NCBI GenBank assembly: GCA_013265495.1
Contig: MU057951.1
Location: 161,008-225,007, forward strand
Length of the DNA stretch: 64,000 bases
Direction of reading: 5' to 3'
Origin: Vicugna vicugna
Lineage: Eukaryota
The notes under the pieces were generated by a model. It saw only the letters and a list, made by a program, of their open reading frames with translations. It had not been told where the DNA came from and ran no database searches. Of this stretch, positions 13,323 through 26,694 are shown one piece after another. Position 1 is the stretch's first letter, and the number at the start of each line of letters is the position of its first letter. The position numbers and the translations under genes were made by a program.

Positions 13323-13396
13323 TCTAGACTGGTAGTCTAAGAATAAGGGGATGACTGTCTCTAGACTGGTAGTCCAAGAATAAGGGGATGACTGTC
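13323..13396. repeat. 37-bp tandem duplication (2 copies, 1 mismatch)
   Basis: tctagactggtagtc(t/c)aagaataaggggatgactgtc at 13323-13359 and 13360-13396. Confidence 0.97.
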
Positions 13397-14899
13397 TCTT
13401 CCAAGTAGAATGTGAGTTTCAAGAGCATAGACTGACAGGTCAAGGTTGAGCCTCCCTTTAATTCAAAGCAAGCAGATGTGATATAGAATAATCTGAAACT
13501 TGGATCGAGTCCAAGAGTCCAGAAAGTTATGAGATAAAGGCATAATTGGTGAACACAAAATTCTACATTTATTTTTTTCTACCTTCCTCCCACTAAGACA
13601 TAGTTCCATATTTTGCTCACAACTGTATTCTTAACCTCTAAAACAGAATTAGAACCAAGGTGAAACCTTGTTCTGTCTGACTAACAAGTTGTGGGATATA
13701 CAAGGCCTAAGGGCCAGGGATATAAAGATCGTAGGTGGTTGCCTTCTGCATCCCATTAGAATATATGTTCTAAGAGAGCAGGGGTTTTATTTAGATTGTT
13801 CCACTGTTCTATCTCCAGGTTCTAGTCCAGGGTTAAGCTTCTCTCTTACTTTATGCTAAAAATCCACTGTCATTACAGAATAATATAACACTTGATTCAG
13901 GACCTGGGGCCTAGTGAGAGAGCAGGAACTAGAAAGTGTTATGTATCTAAAATGAATATACAGTTATATTTTTGTTGTCTAAAGACAAACTGTATAGTAC
14001 AGTTTATCACATAGTACACATATACCCCAATCCTTTGTTATTTATCACATTCTTTTTATGTTGTTTTGTAGAGTTTTATACCTACCATATATCTTTGTTA
14101 TTGGTGTTAAGGTTACTTGAAAGATAAAAAAAAAAGTGTTAAGGAAGCAAGTTTTTTGTTTTGTCCACTGCTATGTCCCAAACTCTTAAAATAGTGACAG
14201 GATAAAGGCCAGCTCTAATCCTGAGTGTCAGAAAGTGGGGTAACTCCAATATTATCATAGGAAAATATGCTTATTTCTGGTCTTGAGGTCAAGGGTGGGT
14301 GGTGGATATCTGCCTTGCTACATCCAGAATATAATCTCCTTGACAGCTGAATTTTTGTCTTTGTTTCAGGCAATTGCCAGTGTTGTGGCTTGGGGCAAGC
14401 CTCCCTGAGTGTAAGAAGTGGTAAAAGTACCTAGAACAGTGACTTGCATTCTAAGGTCAGTGTTATTGGTTGTTTTTGTTGTTGCAACCCATTTCTCAGT
14501 TGGAAAAAAGAATCTCTACAACAAAAAGTACAAGAAATTCCAAGTTTAGCATTCATATTGAAATTTTTTAAAAAACACAAAAATAGATACTATTAATTGT
14601 GGTTATATTTGCAGTAAATATATAAAACATAGGCAAGATTCACACCAAATTCATGATAGTGTTTGCCTCTGTGGAGGAATGAAACATTATATTGTAAATA
14701 TGCCAAAATGTTGACACTTGTTAATTTTTGGTGAAGGTAAACAAATGCTTATTATATCTTTCATACTTCTTGTATTATGTTTAATTTTTCAAAATAAATA
14801 AAATACAAAGAGAATTTAAAACAGTTATACATGATGATTTTATCACAATGTTTTCAGAATTGAACATATGTAGGACATAAACATATGCAACATGCAAAG

Positions 14900-16990
14900 A
14901 CAAAGCATCTGAATAATACAATCAAGAAGCTTGATAATAGAGAATATATGTTCCTTTTTAATAGAAAGCTTGAATAAACTACCATTGAAGAGATAAGAAA
15001 GCTGATTAAAGATCAACTATCAAAATTGTCACCAGGATTAGACTGTTTTTACAGCTCATTACTAACTAATTTTTAAAGAACAAATAATTCTAATGCCATT
15101 TAAACTATTCCATAGCACAGAAAAAGATTGAAAACTCACCAATTCATTTTTAAAGCTAGCACAATTGTAATAAAAAACTAGAAAATTACAGTTTCACTTT
15201 GGAATGTAAAGCAAATAAAATATTGGTAAATAATATACAGCAATGTATCAAATGATTATTACACCATGACCAAGTAGGATTTATTCCAGATGCACAAATT
15301 TGGTTCAACATCAAATACCTACCACTCTAATTCATTATGTCAACAAATTAAAGGGAAAAAAATCATACTATTTTATCAACAGATGCTGAAAAGACATTTG
15401 ATAAAATTCAGGAGCCACTTGTAGTAATAACACTATGTAAAACAAGAATAGAAGAAACTCCCTAAACATGTTAACATTTAATGACTATTCACTAATAACC
15501 AATGGCAAATATCATGTTAATAGGGAATACTAAAAACAATTCCATGAAAATTGAGAACCAGACAGGCATGTCTGCCATAGTCATTATTCAAAACTGTTTT
15601 GGAGAATACAGATCATGTAATAATAATTAATATAAACATCATAAGAAATAAAATTATCTCTATTTGCAGGTGAAATGATTGTATATCTAGAAAGCCTAAA
15701 ATATTTTTTTAAAAACCCAGTGCAATTTAGAGGATTTAGAAAGCTGATTAAATAGAAGAAAAAATCTGTAGTTTGTCTGTATTGCCAAAAGTACAAATGA
15801 GGAGGGGAAAAATTAAAAAAAACTCAATTAAAAATGTGACAAAAACTGTAAAAATATTTAGACATAATTTAATCAGATGTGATGGACTTATATGAAGAAA
15901 ATTACAAAGCCAAAACCAAAAGACTTTAATGATGTACCAAAATTCTTGATATTAATCATTAATAATATCATTAAAATAATCCTTTAAATAGAAATTCAGA
16001 AATGTAATACAATTCTAAGACATCACAATTTTTTAAATGTGGAAAGAAGGCTTCCAAATTTTCAATTGAAAGAACGAATGTATAGGACAGGTTATATAAA
16101 AGAAGAAAATAAAAAACTAATGAGAGGAGACTTCCTTTACCAAAGTCCAAAATTTATGTTCAGGTCAGTACAGTTAAACTGGCTCAGGAATTTGAAAATA
16201 CGTACTTTATTTAATAAATCTGATAGCATAATAGTATACGAAAAAAGATGTATAGTTGGACCTCTATCTTATATCATATACAAAAATAAATTCCTGATGG
16301 ATCAAACAGTTAAAGCTCAAAATTAATATTTTTTTAAAACAGGAAGGTAAATATCTGTATGCCTTGGAGTGGGGGTATTCAGCTGAAAAAGACAGGAAAC
16401 CAAAGCTAAAAAGGAAATAACAGTCTAACTAAAACTTAAAAAAAATCTTTAAATATATCAATAATTAAGTCAAGATTAGTTATAGAAGGGAGAAAATCAT
16501 AATATATAAGGGCTACAACTGATTACTGTGCACCATATAGTAAATATAGTTAGAATTTCTATAAATTTATAAGGAAAAGATCAAAGATTCAATAGATAAA
16601 TGAGCAAAGGATAAGCACTGGCAAATCACAAAAAGTCCAAATAGTAAAAACAAGCAAATAAAAACTCACTGAGTTTATCAATTAAAGAAACAATACTATG
16701 TAATTTTTCATCGTTCAGATTTGCACACATTAAAGAATGCTGAAAGGATGCTGGAAAATGAACCTTTTCATTTTGGATGATAATTTTGTAGTATCTCATA
16801 AAATTAAATATACACCTACCTAGTAGTCCCATTTTTGGGAAGCTATCCTATAAAAATAAAAGCACCAGTATGTATTGTAGGAGTGTTACGGTGAAAAAAG
16901 GGAAATAACTTAAAAGGCATCCACAATGGAATGGTTCATGAGTGGTACCATTTTGGTACATAAACATGTACTTGTATATGCAGCTATTAG
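14900..16990 (+). mobile_element. Ancient L1 (L1ME-like) ORF2 remnant, antisense to the presumed SPIN4 3' UTR
   Basis: Degenerate RT-region motifs (acaccatgaccaagtaggatttattccag; cagatgctgaaaagacatttgataaaattca) continuing to the ORF2 end. Confidence 0.75.
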
Positions 16991-17670
16991 AGGGAGGGAG
17001 GAATAAAAGGAGAGAAAGAGAGGGAGAAGGGAAATGTGATGTGTGATTTATTTAATAAATGTGATGGCACAATCAGGTATCCAATGTGAACAAAATGTAT
17101 AGTTGGACTTCTATCTTACACAACATACAAAAATAAATTCCAGAGAAAGATGGGGAGAGGGAGGGAGTGGGAGGGAGAGATATCTGTAGCTACTGATTAG
17201 AAAGATATGTCAAGTGAGAAAGGCAATTACAAAGAAATGATGTGGCTTGACATTTCTACAGAAACGACTACAACAGACTTTCTGTAGGAGGATGGAAGAA
17301 TATATATTATGTTCTTAACACTTGTTACCTGGGGAGAAAAAAAGGTTAAGTAAGGAAATGGCGAGGGGGGCGCCACAGTGTGTGTACACCATTCATTTTT
17401 CTTTATCTAGTTTTTCATTGTTCCAAAGTTTACAGACCCTTTTCAATCTTCTATTAGCACCTGATTTAAACTTTTGATTACAGAACAAGGTAATATCAAA
17501 GTATCAAAGCACACTTGGGGCAAAACTGTGGAACTAGTTAATGTAAGATATGGAGGCACAGTAAGTAATAACAAATTCTTTAATTTCTGACACAAAAACT
17601 GTTCTCAAAAGTTCGCATGACATATTTTGCATTTAATAGTTCCACAGCTTTTGAAAAGAACACAATTAAC

Positions 17671-18423
<753 letters not shown>

Positions 18424-18599
18424 TCAGGGCTTAAGGGGGCTTGGCAACTTTGCAACTTTCTAGATTAAGCTGACAAAAAGTCAACACTATCCAATATGAA
18501 ATCTTTTCTCGTGATCTCCGAGTCCCTGGTCAGTTCTTCCTTCCCCAAATGCAAAGCTCTCCCCAAGGCTTGGCAGAAGCTCGCTAATTCTGATTGTGG

Positions 18600-19135
18600 A
18601 CAGGGACAGCGGGGACCTCTTGACAGTATTCTCTCCCGCCCCGGAGAGGTGCCTGCATCAGTGGCAGATGCCGCAGGAGATGGCGGGCTCGCCTGTGCTG
18701 CCCCCGCCTTTCGCCCGCCCCGACTCCCAAACCCAAGTCCCCGAATTGACCACTTAGCTGTTACCGATGGTGCTGCGGCTGCGATACAGCGACGGAGAAG
18801 GGGACGACGGGAAAGGGATAGGAGGGATGGCTGCAGCGCCAAAGTCGCAGGCGGCGGCGTGTCTTTGACGAGTCCGCGCGGCCGCGGCTTCGCAATGCTG
18901 CTCTGCTCGGCCTAGCTCTGGCGCCAGGGTTTTTGCCGCTTCGGGAACCGGACCCCTCAGAGCCCGCCTGAGCCGCAGCCCCGCCCCCGCCATTCCGTCT
19001 TCCGCTCCGCCAGCTGCAGCAGGGCGGGTTCGGGCGCGCACTACGTTCCATCCACACAGTCATAGGCGCTCACTCCCTCTTTCCCTCACACGCCCCGCGA
19101 CCGCTTCCCTCAAACTCTAGCCAGATTGGCTGACT
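18600..19135 (-). promoter_or_regulatory. CpG island: SPIN4 promoter and 5' leader
   Basis: Dense CpG, GC-rich segment in an AT-rich background. GC boxes (ccccgcccccgcc ~18979, gggcgg ~19022), CCAAT on the minus strand (attgg 19125-19129), YY1-like agatggcgg ~18678. Confidence 0.88.
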
Positions 19136-19242
19136 CCCCTCCTCCTCTCTGGCCGCCTGTAGCCTGCCAACCTCCTCCACAGCCTCTCCATCTGCTTTCT
19201 ATCTTCCAGGAATTCCTTACAAAGCCTTTAAAAAATATTACA

Positions 19243-19244
<2 letters not shown>

Positions 19245-19272
<28 letters not shown>
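19245..19272. repeat. (CA)n microsatellite upstream of the SPIN4 promoter
   Basis: Directly visible. Confidence 0.97.
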
Positions 19273-19276
<4 letters not shown>

Positions 19277-20864
19277 TTTGTATATATAAATTATTTTCTT
19301 TCAGTTTAAGGATTGTAAGACCGGATATAAGAAAAAGTCCTGTACAGTCAACCATCTTGATCCAAGTTCCCCTTTATATTTTCTATCTGTTCACTCCTGG
19401 TAATGCTTTTTTAATTTTTTTTTCTGAATGTAAAACAAATGTACAGACACTTTGGAGATTTTCTGAAATTCAGTGAAACAAAAAATGAAACTAACCTTAA
19501 TCTTACCATCTAGACTTGCGACAAAATGTTAATAGTTCTGATTTCCCTCTCACTAAACCTATGCTTATATTTTACAAAATTGTGAGCAGATTTCATATCT
19601 TTATAGCTTCTTTTTTCATACATCTAGTGAATAATTTTCAAGGTTATTAAATACTCTGAAAACATGATTTTTAATGATTCCGTAATGTTCCTTTATATAG
19701 ATCATCCATTATTTATCTTAAATGGTCTATGACTGAATAAAACTAGTTTACCCTCGTAAATGGATGTAATGAGCCAGTATAAACCATATTTTCAAATAAT
19801 ATTTAATGACATGGAGATCTACATAAGAAATAAGAACAATGTATGAAAAAGTAGGATATTGAAACAAAATTGTGGCCATAATTTTGTAGAGACAGAAAAA
19901 ATGAAAAGATTTTGTGGTATGTATTTTCTGTTTTTCTGATTATAAAAGTCCTGCATGCTCATATGGAAAATCTGAAAAACAGAAAAGAAAGTGTTCTTGA
20001 TTTCACCTACTTCAAGTCACAGGACCGTTATGAAGGTTAAATGAGAATGTCTATAAATCTTTTATCCTTGTTACAAGATGACAGTAAAAACCAAAGAAGT
20101 CTAGGTCTATCATTCTCATTTCTCCAATCTTCATTGGTAAGAAAGGAAGGTCTCATATCATCATTGGGTAAAAAAAGGCCATTAATTCATCTGGAAATGT
20201 TGGAAAGCAAGGAAGAGGGTTGCAAGGTCGCAGTGCTGACTGCCTGCACATTTCATTACCTTCCAAGACAGGGACAGAAAATCCTAGTCCTCATACCACT
20301 TAATAGCTGATTCTGCAGAATATGTGCAGATCCTTCAGTTTCACATATTTCCGAGGCAAAGAATTTGGAGATGGGTTAACTCTCCAATACTATAATATAA
20401 GAAAATAATTCTAAGGAAGTAATTCCAAAGGAGCAAGAAAACTACATATATTAAAAGGTATCTGTTTAGAATGACATAGTGGTGTGTACATAGTCACACA
20501 TATATACAATCTATACACTGAAAGTCAGAAGTTATGTCTAACTCTCATGTCATTATGTTCCACAGACAATGCCCTCCAAGGAATTCCCTAAACCAAGATG
20601 TGCTGTTATTTTCACTTAGAAGAGCTATTGAAAGTGAAGACCAGCCACCAGGAACACAAATGCAAACAGGGCAAACAATTCAGGCTCTTTGGTTATACAC
20701 TTCAATGGAATTCTTGCTTACAATCCCACAAAACAGCCTGAGGAGACAAAGAATTTCTAATATCCTTTCTTCTCTAAAACTATGATTCTGATGTTTAAAT
20801 CATTATCTAACATTATGGATTCAGTGGGCCTAACTATACTAAGATATAATGCTTACTTTGTATG

Positions 20865-20970
20865 CCTACCCACTAGACTATAAACTCATTCAAGAAAAGA
20901 TTTTTATCTTGTATCTCAAGTGCCTTACAGAGAGTAGGTACTCAATAAGTATTTGTTAAATAAATAAGTA
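20865..20970 (+). mobile_element. L2 3' terminal fragment
   Basis: cccactagactataaactc...gtaggtactcaataagtatttgttaaataaataa. Confidence 0.7.
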
Positions 20971-21173
20971 AGTGGTTTCAGCTGCTCTGCTCTAATCCAA
21001 AGAAATCCTCCAAAATGAAACAAGTAGTCTTATACAAGCCTCTGAAGACTGCAGTCCTGGAGATTTAAAATCTCCCATGGCAGCTTTATCCTTTCAAAGC
21101 ACCCACACACTGATCCTGTGGATATGTGTCCATAAGTCTGAAAACAATTAGGAGAACACCATCAACTGCAACA

Positions 21174-23494
21174 TAGACATACCTCAGAGATATTGTGGGT
21201 TCAATTACAGATCACCACAATAAAGTGAATATTGCAATAAAGTGAGTCACAATTTTTTTGTTTCTCAATGCATATTAATATTGTGTTTATATTACACTAT
21301 AGTCTATTAAGTGTGCAATACAATTATGTTTAAAAATCTAAGGTATATACCTTAATTAAAAAACTTTATTGCTAAAAAATATTAACTGTCTTCTGGGCCT
21401 TTAAAAGTCACAGTCCTTTTGCTGGTAGAGGGTCTTACCACGATGTTGATGGCTGCTGACTGATCAGGGTGGTGGTTGCTGAAGGTTGAGGTAGGTGTGG
21501 CAATTTTTTTAAATAAGACAATGAAGTTTGCCACATTCATTGACTCTCCTTTCATGAACAATTTCTCTGTAGCATGCAATGCTGTTTGATAGCATTTTAC
21601 CCACAGTAGAATTTCTTTCAAAATTGGAATCAATTTTCTTAAACCCCACCAATCCTTTATCAACTAACTTTACATACTATTCTAAATCTTTTGTTGTTAT
21701 TTCAACAATCTTCATAGTATCTTCACCAAGAGTAAAATCCATCTCTAGAAACCACTTTCTTTGTTCACTCATAAAAAGCAAAACTTCATTCAAGTTTTAT
21801 GTGAGTGTACCAATTCAGTCACATCTTCAGACTCCACTTCTAATTATAATTTTCTTGCTATTTTTACTGTATTTGTAGTTACTTTCTCCACTTAAGTCTT
21901 GAACTCCTAAAATCATCCATCAACTTCTTCCAAACTCCAGTTAACATTGCTATTTTGACCTCTTCCCATGAGTTATGAACTTTCTTAATGGCATCTAGAA
22001 TGCTGATCCTCTCCAAAAGGTTTCTAATTTGCTTTGCCATGGTCTATCAGAAGAATCACTATCTATGGCAGCTAATGTATTTCTTAAATAAAAAGACTTG
22101 GGTGTCAAAATTAGTCCTTGATCCATGGGCTACATATTGATGCTATGTTAGCAGGCATGGTAACAATCTCATTGTATATATCCATCAGAGCTCTTGCATG
22201 ACCAGGTATATTGTCAGTGAGCATTAATATATTTTTAAAGGTACTTTTTTTCACCTGAGCATTAGGTCTCAACAGTGGGCTTAAAATATTCAGTAAATCA
22301 TGTTGTAAACAGATGTGCTATCATCTAGGCACTCTTGTTCCACTTATAGAGCACAGACAGAGAAATTTAATGTAATTCTTAAGGGCCCAAGAGTTTTCTG
22401 AATAGGAAATGAGCATTGGCTTCAACTTAAAGTCTTGAGCTGCATTAGCCTCTAACAAAAGAGTCAGTGTGTCCTTTAAATTTTGAAGCCAGGCATTAAG
22501 TTCTCCTCTCTAGTTATAAACATCTTAGAGGGCATCTTCTTCCAATATAAGATTGGTATGTCTACTTTGAAAATCTATTATTTAGTGTAGCCACCTTCAG
22601 TAATTATCTTAGCTAGATCTTCTGGATAGCTTACTGTAGCTTCTACATCAGCACTTGCTGCTTCATCTTGCACTTTGATGTTTTAGAGACAGCTTGTTTC
22701 CTTAAGTCTCATGAACCTACCTTTGCTAGCTTCAAATGTTTCTTCTGCACCTTCATCACCTCTCAAAGCCATCATAGAATTGGAGAAAGTTGGGGCCTTG
22801 CTCTGGATTAGGCTTTGGCTTACGGGAATGTTGTGGCTGATTTTATCTATCTAGAACACTAAAACTTTCTCAGTATAGGAAAGAAGGCTGCTTCAATTTC
22901 TTGTCATTTGTGTGTTCACTGGAGTAGTACTTTTAATTGTCTTGAATAACTTTCTCTTTCCATTTACAATGTGGCTGTTTGTCTCAAGAGGCCTACCTTT
23001 TGGCCTATCTTGGCTTTTGACTTGCCTTCCCCACTAAGTTTAATTATTTCCAGCTTTTGATTTAAAATGAGAGATGTATCTCTTCCTTTCACTTGAAAAC
23101 TTAGAAGCCATTGTAGGGTTATGAATTGGCCTATTTGATATTGTTTTGTCTCATGAAATAGGGAGACCCAAGGAGAGGGAGAGAGACAGGAGTGGTCAGT
23201 TGGCAAAGCAGTCAGAACACACACAACATTTACTAAGTTTGTCATCTTATAAGGGTGTTGCTTGTGGTGCCCCAAAACAATTACAATAATAACATCAAAG
23301 ATTACTGATGACAGATCACCATAACAGATAGAATAATAATGAAAAAAGTTTAAAATGTTGCAAGAATTACCAAATATGACACAGTAACATGAAGTGAGCA
23401 AATACGATTAGAAGAATAGCACCAAAAGACTTGCTTGACACATGGCTGCCAAAAACACAATAAATGTGAAGCACAATAAAACAAGGTATGCCTG
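21174..23494 (-). mobile_element. Near full-length Tigger1 (TcMar/pogo DNA transposon) with decayed transposase
   Basis: Terminal inverted repeats tagacatacctc (21174) / aaggtatgcctg (23494), followed by TA. Minus ORF fragments TSLILNQKLEIIKLSGEGKSKAKIGQKVGLLRQT (N-terminal HTH) and KKIATPTSTFSNHHPDQS. Confidence 0.92.
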
Positions 23495-23499
23495 TATGT

Positions 23500-23575
23500 G
23501 GATAATTATAACATTTACCCGAAAGGGTCGCTGTAAAGGTTAAACGAGAAAATGCAGGTAAATTTCTTAGCACTC
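23500..23575 (+). mobile_element. MIR SINE core fragment
   Basis: gataattataacatttacc..agggtcgctgtaaaggttaaacgagaaaatgcaggtaaa..ttagcac resembles the MIR core. Confidence 0.6.
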
Positions 23576-23879
23576 AAACTCCATACATCCTTGGTGTCAG
23601 TGAGGTCCAGTGGTAAGATAAGCCTCCACAGCCTCTTGGAGACAATGAGATGGTATGAGTCAGTACCCAATTTTCATTATGAAAGTACTGGCAGATCTAA
23701 GAAGGGAGTTAAACCTCTATCCATCCTAGCCATATGCAATGAGGCAGTGTGGGTCAGTGCTCCACTTTTGTAAAGGTAGTGCCAAGAGATCCCACAAAGA
23801 AGCTAAACATGTGGCCTCACCTGACCCTCAAGCTATGTAACAAGGGGACTATCTAATAAAGGAAAGTTAAATAGAACAG

Positions 23880-26200
23880 AGTATCATAATATCAAAAATG
23901 ACAAGGATGCAATGAAAATCAAAAGGAACAAAATCACAACTTGAATGAGACAAGACACTTATAATGCCAAAACCAAGATAAATCAAAATTAAAATTATCT
24001 GAAATAAATTTTAAAGTTATCTAAAGCATTAAAGTGGTTTAAGGCACAATTTTGTAGTATCTTGAAACAAATGGAAAAAAGTAGAAAACCTAAGCAAATA
24101 AATATAAGTAAAAACCAAATGGAAAATTCAGAATTGAAAAATGAAATAACGAAAATAAAAATCTCCTGGGATGGAATCAGTGTAAGACTGGAGATAAAAG
24201 AAGACATAGTCAACAAACTTGATGTTAGAAAAATAGAATTTACTCCATATGAACAAAAGAGAGAAAACAGATAGATAAAAAGAACAGTCTCAAGAAACTG
24301 TAAGATAATAACTAAAGAGCTAACATTTACAATTGCTTTAAGGAAAGTGAAATTCTTAGGTATAGGTCTATCAAAGTGTGTACAAGATTTGTGTACTGAA
24401 AATTTAAAATATTAATGCCAGAAATTTAATAAGATCTAAATAAACTGAGCGACACACTGTGTTCACAGATTGGAAGATTCAACATGATAAAGATGTTAAA
24501 TCTCCCTAAATTGATCTATAAGTTTAAGGCAATTTCTATGAGAATTCAAAGTTTTTCATAGAAATACACAGGATTCTTCTTAAATTTATATAGAAATGCT
24601 ACAATATCTAAAACAATTTTGAAATAGAAATATATAGTAGAAAGAATCATTCTACCTGATAGCTACATAGCTACAGTAACCAAGAAAGTGTGATGTTAAA
24701 GAAAAACAGACACATAAATCAATGACACAGAAAAGGGAATCCAGAAATTGAATTACATAAGTATGTCCAACTGATTTTTTACAGATGTTCAAAAGCAACT
24801 CAATGGTGAAAAGATAGCCTTTTCAAGAAATAGTGCTGGGGGGGTTGGACATCTCAAGGTCTGAATGCACACATATACACACAGATGCACACAAAGGATC
24901 TACACCTAAACCTCTTATCTTATTCAAAAAATAACTTGAAATGAAAAATTGACTAAAATGTAAAATTTAAAGCTATAAAAATGTTTACAGAAAACATAGG
25001 AGGGAATCTCTGGGACATAGTACCAGCTGAAGATTTCTTATTCCTCACACCAAAAGCAGGATTCCTCATGGGAACAATTGATAAATTGAACTTCATTAAT
25101 TTTTTTAAAAAGTATGCTGTATGAAAATCTCTGTTAGGAGGATGAATGGACAGGCCACATAAAGGGAGAAAATATTTGCAAATCATATATCTAAAAAAAA
25201 ACTTTGTTCTTGAAAATATAAAGAACTCTGAAAACTCAATGGTAAAATAGCCAAAAATCCAATTAGAAAATGGTGAAAGATGTGAACAAATATTCCACAA
25301 AAAGGATATACAACCAGTAAACAAGCACATGGAGAAATCATTAGCCGTTAGGAAAATATAAATTATGCCATAATAAGGTATCACTACACACTTATTAGAA
25401 TAGTTAAAATTAAAAAAGAAAAATAGTGAACATGCCAAATGCTGGCCAGGATGCAGAGAAACTGGTTCTCTCTTACACTGATGGTTGGAATGTAAAATGA
25501 TGTATCCTCTCTGTAAAAGACTTGTCAGGTTCTACAAAAATAAACATGAAATAAACATGAAATATATAACCTACAATCATACTCTTAGACATGTATCTTA
25601 GAGAAATAAAAATGTATGTTTATATAAAAACATGTGTGTGGATGATCATAGAATCTTTATTCATAATTCATAAAATCTAGAAATAAACCACATGTCCTCA
25701 AATGGGGTATGACTGAAAAAAGAAAAAACAATACATTCATAGCATGGAATACCACTCAGCAATAAAAAGGAACAAGCTATTGACATAAGTGAAATTCTGT
25801 ATTTGTATTGAAGAGAATTATGCTGAGTTTTAAAAAGTCAATCTCAAAAGTTACATATTATATTATTATTTTCACATAGCATTCTTAAAATGACAAAATT
25901 CTATTTTAACGGCTCCCGTGGATTAGGGAGCTGGGGTGGGAGGGAGGCAACTGTAGTTAAAAATGGGTGATATGAGGAATCTTTGTGACAGAACTCTTTT
26001 CATCTTGACTTCAGTGTTTGCCGCACTAGCTTACACATGTGATAAAACTGCATAGTATTAAATACACACACATGAGTTCATATATAACTGATGAAATCTC
26101 CATAAGTTTGATAACTTTATCAATGTCACCTTCCTGTTGTGATTTTTTACTATAGTAATACCAGATGTTTTCCAGTGGAGTCAGTTGGGGCAAAAAGTAC
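23880..26200 (+). mobile_element. Ancient L1 (L1MC/MD-like): ORF1 remnant, internal deletion, ORF2 3' part and 3' UTR
   Basis: ORF 24062..24274 resembles the ORF1 coiled coil (KNQMENSELKNEITKIK). Degenerate ORF2 follows; 3' UTR motif tacacatgtgataaaactgcatag. Confidence 0.75.
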
Positions 26201-26275
26201 AGAGAATTAGTCCCCCCAAATTTTTTTTAAAAGAAAAAGGTGAAACTGTAGTATATAATAGATAAGAAGTTATTA

Positions 26276-26317
26276 CATATATATATGTATATATATATGT
26301 ATATATATATATATATA
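26276..26317. repeat. (TA)n microsatellite, interrupted
   Basis: Directly visible. Confidence 0.95.
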
Positions 26318-26694
26318 AATGACAATGTGCAGAAAATTATATAATATGATAGTATTTCTTATTAATGTAAATAATAACAAATGCTATTTTATGTATAAGA
26401 AAAAATAAGTATGCAACTTTGGACAAGTCATTGAATCTCTGCTTCCATTTCATCAGACAAAAAAATAAGACAGTTGGACTAATTCATCTGTAAAGTCTTT
26501 TCTTGCTTCAAACCTCTATGGATCAATGAAAATGAAAAGCTGGAAAATAAAACTGGGTTTAGGAAATGAATTTGAGATGTCATTATCCAGTTAGCCAGAG
26601 CATGTAAATTTTTATCAGGAGAAAATGCACTAGGTAAGCTGAGAGCAAAGGGACAGAGCACTCTAAAATCAACAGATCAAGAATTTTGTTTTCT

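Noticed and set aside
13323..13396. 37-bp repeat with a palindrome, superficially CRISPR-like
   Set aside because: Only two adjacent copies, no spacers, no cas genes, and mammalian context.
18465..19063. Overlapping 95-139 aa ORFs on both strands
   Set aside because: Expected in stop-poor CpG-island DNA; low-complexity Ala/Arg/Pro/Gly products, several with non-ATG starts.
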